From the NCBI GenBank assembly GCA_036569045.1, contig DATCRI010000088.1, forward strand, positions 20,115 to 84,114: a DNA stretch of 64,000 bases, written 5' to 3'. This document shows, in pieces, positions 59,202 to 64,000 of this stretch (positions are counted from its first letter, which is position 1; every line of letters begins with the position of its first letter). Made by a program: the position numbers and the translations under genes. The notes under the pieces were generated by a model. It was not told where the DNA came from. It saw only the letters and a program-made list of their open reading frames with translations, and ran no database searches. Source of the stretch: Chthoniobacterales bacterium (GTDB lineage: Bacteria; Verrucomicrobiota; Verrucomicrobiia; Chthoniobacterales; JAATET01).

Positions 59202-62036
59202 TTATTTCGCAGCTGGCGGAGGGGCGACCATGAGGCGGGCGAGTTCGGGGACGTCTTTGAGGCTCTGGAAGACCGGGTCGCTGAAGAGGCGTTCCCGGTA
59301 TTCGACGCCGCCGACATCGACGGACTTCACGAGGGCGTTCACGGCCTCCTGCTTCTTCTCGAGCATGAATTCGGCGCGGGCGAGACGGTAGAAGGCCTCG
59401 GCGGAATCGGGCCGGGCCTTCGCCCAGCGGTCGGCGGCGTCGCGGGCGGATGGCCAGTCGTTGCGGGCCTCGGAGACCTCGAGGACGAGGGCGAGGAAGT
59501 CGGGGTTGTCGCCGAGTTTGCCGATGGATTCCTTGAGAAGGGCGTCGACCTGATCGTTCGCGCCGACCTGCATGGTGAGCTCGAGAAGGCGGCGGAGCGG
59601 GACGAGGTCCTGCGGATGCTTGCGCCATGTCTCGAGAGTGCGGTCGATCTCGATCTGCTTCTCCTTGCGGAGGCCGGCGAGGGCGCGGTAACGGAGCATC
59701 TCGGGGTTGTTGGGATCGTAGGCGCGGGCGAGATCGAAGAGGGCGATGGGCTCGTCGAATTCGCGGCGCTCCCACAGGATGCCGGAAAGGGAAATGATGG
59801 CGTCGAGGTTGCCGATCCACAGGTCGATGGCCTGGCGGTAGGCGCCCTCGGCGGCGACATTCATGTCGCGGTGCTGGTAGAGGTAGCCGGTGGTGAGGCG
59901 GAGGCGGGAGAAGTTGCGCTGGGCGTCGTAGTCCTTCGCGAAATTGGGGTCGGCCTTGAGCTTTGCGACGTAGTCGGTCCAGAACGCGAAATCCTTTCGC
60001 ACGATGTCGTCGGAGAGTCTGGCGAGGGGCTCGGGATTGAGTCGATAGACGAGGCCGTCGGGAATCGCGTAGGGGTAGCTCCAGCGCATGGGGAAGCTCT
60101 CCTCGACGAAGAAGGTGTGTTTCGCCTTGTTGTGCTCGAAGATCCACCGGGCCGTCGCGTTGTGCATGGCGCGGTTGACGGCGAGAATGTCAGCATTGGG
60201 CTGTTTCGCCTTGAGCTCGCTGACGGCCTTTTTGCTGATCTCGCGCATTTCCTCGAAGGTGGGGAGGACGAGCGGATCCTTTGGATAAGCGGTTTCGCGG
60301 CCGAGCCAGCGCTCGAAGGCGCCACGAACGGGCGGGCGTTGATCGGTGTATTGGTCGCGGATGTATTGGAGGTAGAAGCGGTCGGTGAGGCCGTTCTGGG
60401 TGAGGATATAAAGGTCGCTGCGGTCGAAGGCGGGATCGATGCGGCGGGAAGGCGGGAGGGAACTCTCGCCGAAGATCATGTAGGTGGGGACGAAGCGGCC
60501 GGCATCCGTTCCGCCAAAGATGACGCTGCCCCTGGGCATGACGGAGACCATGTCGCGCCCGTATTGCCAGCCGAAGAGGCGGCCGCGCTGGCTGCAAGAG
60601 GCGTCGTTCTCGAGGAGCGGCCAGATGGGGAGAAGGACGAGGGCCCAGGTGACGGGACGCAGGCGCGGGAGCCGCGCGGCGAAGGCCTGGAGGACCATGA
60701 AGGCCCCGATGCCGGCGAGCAGGGTGAAGATGAAATTCGTGTAGGTGTGGTAGGGCATCTGCAGCCACCAGCCGGCGCGGTCGGTGGTGGCGTGCTCGAG
60801 CACGGGCTGGAACACCATGGCGAGGCAGAAGGCGAAGACGAGGAGGTAGATCCAGACGCGGCGGGTGACCCAGGCCCTGGGAGTGCGAAGAGCGCCAATG
60901 AATACGGCGAAAAAGAAGAGAATGCCGAGTGGCGTGAAGCTGGCGAACGTGCGGGCCCAGAAGAACGAGGACCACGTTTGGAGGTCGCGAAGGAGGGATG
61001 GCGGCTTGCCGTCGATCGAGGGCGGGGTTTCGTCGAAGAGCGGCTTTTCATCGGCGACGCCCAGGATCTTGCTGAAGACGCGCAGGCTGAGGTCGGAGAG
61101 GCTGCCGGAGTATTGCGAGCGGTTGAAGGAGTAGAAGAAACCCTCGGGAGTGCGGGTGTAGCTCCAGTTCATCGGGGGATTCGTTCCCGAGGCGATCGGC
61201 ATGTAAAGGTAGGGCAGCAGGCCGAGGGCGATGAGCGCGGGAAGGAAGGCGATGAGCTTCCAGTGCAGGCGGCCGCGCTTGAGGATGAGCGCGATGACGA
61301 GGATCGTGACGACGAGCCAGGCGAGGCGGATGGCGGCTTTGATGACGAGGGGATTGTCCGCGAGGAGGGCGAAGGAGAGGTAGGCGATGAGGGCGGTGAC
61401 GGTCCCCGCGAGGAGGAGATCCCAGAACAGGTCGCGGCGGACGAGCAGGACGATGATGACCGGCAGCACGGCGAGCGCGAGGGTGAGCTGGTGATTGCTG
61501 AAGGCGAGGCTGAGGAGGAAGACGCTGGCGTAGAGGGGCCCCATGCGGTCGGGGCGGCGCAGCCAGACGTAGAGGCTGGTGAGGTAGAGGCCGACGAGGA
61601 GCGCGTGCAGGGTGTAGACCTCGACGATGACGGCCTGAGACCACATCGACTGGCTGAAGGCAAAGACGAGGCTGAAGGTGATGGCCGCGATGCTGGCGAG
61701 GGATTTCTCCGCGACGGCGGGAGCGAGCCAGAGCGCGGTGCTGCGGATGAGCATGGCGGCGAGGCCGACGCAGAGGGCGCCGCAGATGCCGCTGAAGAGC
61801 GCAACCTGCCACGCGACATTGCCGAGGGGAATGAGCTGGAACAGCCACGCGAGCAGGGTCCACAGCGGATAGCCGGTGGGATGGGGCACTCCGAAGTGCT
61901 GGGCGGCGACGAGGAACTCGCCGGAGTCGAGCAGGGTGACGCTGGGCGCGGTGGTCCAGGCGTAAACGACAAAGGCGACGAGGGCGGCAATGGCGCCACA
62001 GATCCAGTCGCCGCGTTGGAAGATGCGCGAGTTCAT
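59202..62036 (-). CDS. DUF2723/TMEM260-type GT-C glycosyltransferase with C-terminal TPR repeats
   Basis: ATG 62036 forms an ATGA overlap with the upstream stop. TTAPSVTLLDSGEFLVAAQHFGVPHPTGYPLWTLLAWLF is the DUF2723 signature. About 10 or more TM helices are followed by a TPR-like C-terminus (AEGAYRQAIDLW...AEAFYRLARAEFMLEKKQEA). The track ORF start at 62531 is an over-extension. Confidence 0.8.
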   Translation of the reverse strand: MNSRIFQRGDWICGAIAALVAFVVYAWTTAPSVTLLDSGEFLVAAQHFGVPHPTGYPLWTLLAWLFQLIPLGNVAWQVALFSGICGALCVGLAAMLIRSTALWLAPAVAEKSLASIAAITFSLVFAFSQSMWSQAVIVEVYTLHALLVGLYLTSLYVWLRRPDRMGPLYASVFLLSLAFSNHQLTLALAVLPVIIVLLVRRDLFWDLLLAGTVTALIAYLSFALLADNPLVIKAAIRLAWLVVTILVIALILKRGRLHWKLIAFLPALIALGLLPYLYMPIASGTNPPMNWSYTRTPEGFFYSFNRSQYSGSLSDLSLRVFSKILGVADEKPLFDETPPSIDGKPPSLLRDLQTWSSFFWARTFASFTPLGILFFFAVFIGALRTPRAWVTRRVWIYLLVFAFCLAMVFQPVLEHATTDRAGWWLQMPYHTYTNFIFTLLAGIGAFMVLQAFAARLPRLRPVTWALVLLPIWPLLENDASCSQRGRLFGWQYGRDMVSVMPRGSVIFGGTDAGRFVPTYMIFGESSLPPSRRIDPAFDRSDLYILTQNGLTDRFYLQYIRDQYTDQRPPVRGAFERWLGRETAYPKDPLVLPTFEEMREISKKAVSELKAKQPNADILAVNRAMHNATARWIFEHNKAKHTFFVEESFPMRWSYPYAIPDGLVYRLNPEPLARLSDDIVRKDFAFWTDYVAKLKADPNFAKDYDAQRNFSRLRLTTGYLYQHRDMNVAAEGAYRQAIDLWIGNLDAIISLSGILWERREFDEPIALFDLARAYDPNNPEMLRYRALAGLRKEKQIEIDRTLETWRKHPQDLVPLRRLLELTMQVGANDQVDALLKESIGKLGDNPDFLALVLEVSEARNDWPSARDAADRWAKARPDSAEAFYRLARAEFMLEKKQEAVNALVKSVDVGGVEYRERLFSDPVFQSLKDVPELARLMVAPPPAAK

Positions 62037-64000
62037 TGCGGAGTCGCGGCGCGGCGGGAAGGGTGGAGGCAGGCGAGCTGGAGCACTCGGGTGGCGGCTT
62101 CCAGGGCGATGCCGAGAGTCATCTTGGTCTGGCCGACGCGGCGTTCGGTGAAAACGATGGGGACTTCCACGAGGCGGAAGCCGGCCGTCCAGAGCAGCCA
62201 GTGGAGCTCGATCTGGAAGCCGTAGCCGTCGGCGCGGAGCTGCGAACCATCGATCTCGCGCAGCGCGGAGGTGCGCAGGGCCTTGAAGCCGCTGGTGGCG
62301 TCGGTAAGCGGGAGGCCGGTGAGAACGCGAACGTAGCGGGAGGCGCCGGCGCTGAGCAGGAGGCGGTGTTCGGGCCAGTTGATGACGCGGACGCCGTCGA
62401 GGTAGCGGCTGCCGATGGCGGCGTCGGCGCCGGCGTCGAGAGCGGCGAGCAGGCGCGGGATGTCCGCGGGATCGTGGGAGAGATCGGCGTCGATCTCGAG
62501 GACGGCATCGTGGCCGTGGGTGATGGCCCATTCGAAGCCCGTGCGGTAGGCGGACCCGAGGCCGAGTTTGCCAGCGCGCTCGAGGAGGTGAACGCGGCCG
62601 CCGAAGGCGGGATGCTCCTTCACACGGGCGGAGGTGCCATCAGGCGAGGCGTCGTCGACGATGAGGGCCTCGATGTCCGGCGAGGCGGCGAGAATGCGAT
62701 CGAGCAACGTGGAGATGTTCTCGGCCTCGTTGTAGGTCGGGATGATCGCGAGTGGCCGGATGACGGCGGGGCGGGGGGCGTTCGGATCGACCCGTAGCGG
62801 CGCGGCGGGGCAGGGGGGCCAGAGTTTGCGGCGGACGGAAGCGGGTAGCAGCGGGACCGCGATGAGGAAGCCGAGCGCGGCGAGCCAACTGATCGAGGCG
62901 GTGGCGAGGCAGCCGGAATACCAGGCGGGCGGGCGGAGCTGGAACTCCACGCGGTGCGCGGCGGCGGATACGGACGTGGCGGGAAAGGCGCCAGCTGCGC
63001 GGTAGACGGGCTTCGGGACGCCGTCGACGAGGGCCTTCCAGTCGGGATGCCAGGATTCGTCGAGGACGATCCAGCCGGCGCGACCGGGGGCGGAAAATGT
63101 GACCGTCGCGGGCGTGCGGGGGCCGGCGAGCTGGAGGCGGATGAAGTCCGGTCCGGGGGCGGCAGCTGCTTCCGCGGGGGATTTCATGCCCGGCAGGGAG
63201 TCGAGCGGAAGGTCGTCGAGGCTGGCGACGGCGAGATGGTGCGCCTGCGCGAGGCTGAGGGCCTGGACGTATTGGCCGTTGTTCGCGTCGGCGGGCACGG
63301 CGGATTCCGCGAAGAAGCCGGGGTGGAGCGAGCCGGGATTCGAGAGGACGAAGAAGGCGTCGTTTTCGAAACGCAGGGGGAGCATGGCGCGGAACCAGCG
63401 CTGGAAGTTTCCGGAGACATCGGGATCCCGCCGCTCGATGAACACGTCGGAGATGCCGGCAAGCCGGAGGTAGGAGATCATGTCCGTGGCGGAACTCTGC
63501 GCGGCGGATTGCAGGCGCGCGGTGTGCTTCGGCATGAGGTAGCGGTTGAGCGCTTCGCTCGAGAGCGGGCGGCCGGTGGTGTTTGGGAGATCGAGGTAGA
63601 AGTAGCGACCGGAAATGGCGAAGATGCGGTCCGACGGGCCGTGAAGCTTCTCGGTGACCTCCCGGTATTTTGCGAAGAGGCCGGCGCTGAGCCCGGGTTT
63701 GGAGAAGCTGGCGAAATACGGAGAGATGTCCGCCACGGCGGCGGCGAAGGCGATGGCCGCTAGGATTGGGCGGAGCCGGGGATTGGGCACGGCGCGCAGC
63801 ACGAAGACGAGGGCCAGCGCGGATGCGACGGCCCAGGCGAAGGTGCCGTTGAGAATCCAGAAGGAATCCGGCGCGCGCAGGTCGGCGTAGAGCGGGAATC
63901 GCTCCAGCAGACGGAATGCGGGCACGAACAGATAGATCGCGAAGACGACGCAGAAAATCGGGACGCGCCACCGCGTGATCGAGAGGCACCAGAAGAGCAG
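62033..64000 (-). CDS. Fusion protein: YfhO-like GT-C membrane/periplasmic region (N-terminus beyond the window) plus C-terminal Dpm1/GtrB-like polyprenyl-phosphate glycosyltransferase (GT2)
   Basis: The frame is open from 64000 (LLFWCLSITRWRVPIFCVVFAIYLF...), so the track start at 63925 is only a GTG inside a longer ORF. The YfhO-like tail is WHPDWKALVDGVPKPVYRAAGAFPATSVSAAAHRVEFQLRPPAWY, followed by a TM helix. The GT2 domain is IIPTYNEAENI...IVDDASPDGT...EIDADLSHDP...GFKALR...FTERRVGQTKM. Confidence 0.78.
   Translation of the reverse strand: MLFWCLSITRWRVPIFCVVFAIYLFVPAFRLLERFPLYADLRAPDSFWILNGTFAWAVASALALVFVLRAVPNPRLRPILAAIAFAAAVADISPYFASFSKPGLSAGLFAKYREVTEKLHGPSDRIFAISGRYFYLDLPNTTGRPLSSEALNRYLMPKHTARLQSAAQSSATDMISYLRLAGISDVFIERRDPDVSGNFQRWFRAMLPLRFENDAFFVLSNPGSLHPGFFAESAVPADANNGQYVQALSLAQAHHLAVASLDDLPLDSLPGMKSPAEAAAAPGPDFIRLQLAGPRTPATVTFSAPGRAGWIVLDESWHPDWKALVDGVPKPVYRAAGAFPATSVSAAAHRVEFQLRPPAWYSGCLATASISWLAALGFLIAVPLLPASVRRKLWPPCPAAPLRVDPNAPRPAVIRPLAIIPTYNEAENISTLLDRILAASPDIEALIVDDASPDGTSARVKEHPAFGGRVHLLERAGKLGLGSAYRTGFEWAITHGHDAVLEIDADLSHDPADIPRLLAALDAGADAAIGSRYLDGVRVINWPEHRLLLSAGASRYVRVLTGLPLTDATSGFKALRTSALREIDGSQLRADGYGFQIELHWLLWTAGFRLVEVPIVFTERRVGQTKMTLGIALEAATRVLQLACLHPSRRAATPQ

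Overview
This is a densely packed, high-GC bacterial chromosome segment. The 60-nt lines I hand-counted were about two-thirds G+C. I call about 56 protein genes, 4 tRNAs and a few hairpin terminators. I saw no rRNA, CRISPR array, transposase, integrase or phage genes.

The content points to a Verrucomicrobiota-like (PVC) organism, which is inference. The evidence is PEP-CTERM sorting tails, autotransporter-associated beta-strand repeats, a DUF2723 glycosyltransferase, and the gene order tRNA-Thr, tuf, tRNA-Trp, secE, nusG.

Most of the window is core metabolism and maintenance: glpX, mutM, mutL, glgE, ubiE, copA, nusG/secE/tuf, pdxH, bamA/skp, guaB, lpxA, speA, gcvTHP, larB and larC. Many genes are joined by ATGA, GTGA or TTGA start/stop overlaps.

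Regions worth a second look:
1. 59.2-64.0 kb. A YfhO-like GT-C domain is fused to a Dpm1/GtrB-like GT2. This fusion is translationally coupled to a DUF2723/TMEM260-type GT-C with a TPR tail. It is my best candidate for an undescribed periplasmic (protein) glycosylation system.
2. 11.3-16.6 kb. A zero-gap six-gene operon joins GNAT, LarB, a sugar-1-P nucleotidyltransferase, an AmgK-like anomeric kinase, GlgE and a 70-aa ORF.
3. 58.0-59.2 kb. A small islet holds a toxin-antitoxin-like overlapping gene pair and a clearly lower-GC orphan ORF.
4. 33.7-35.3 kb and 43.5-45.4 kb. Two paralogous membrane-anchored proteins are built from about 36-aa W..DP..A..W...LP repeats.
5. 26.4-36.1 kb. An accessory block (two-component system, PEP-CTERM proteins, secreted amidase) abuts nusG where rplK-rplA would normally follow.

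All functional calls rest on my reading of the translated sequences and recalled family motifs. No database search was run.
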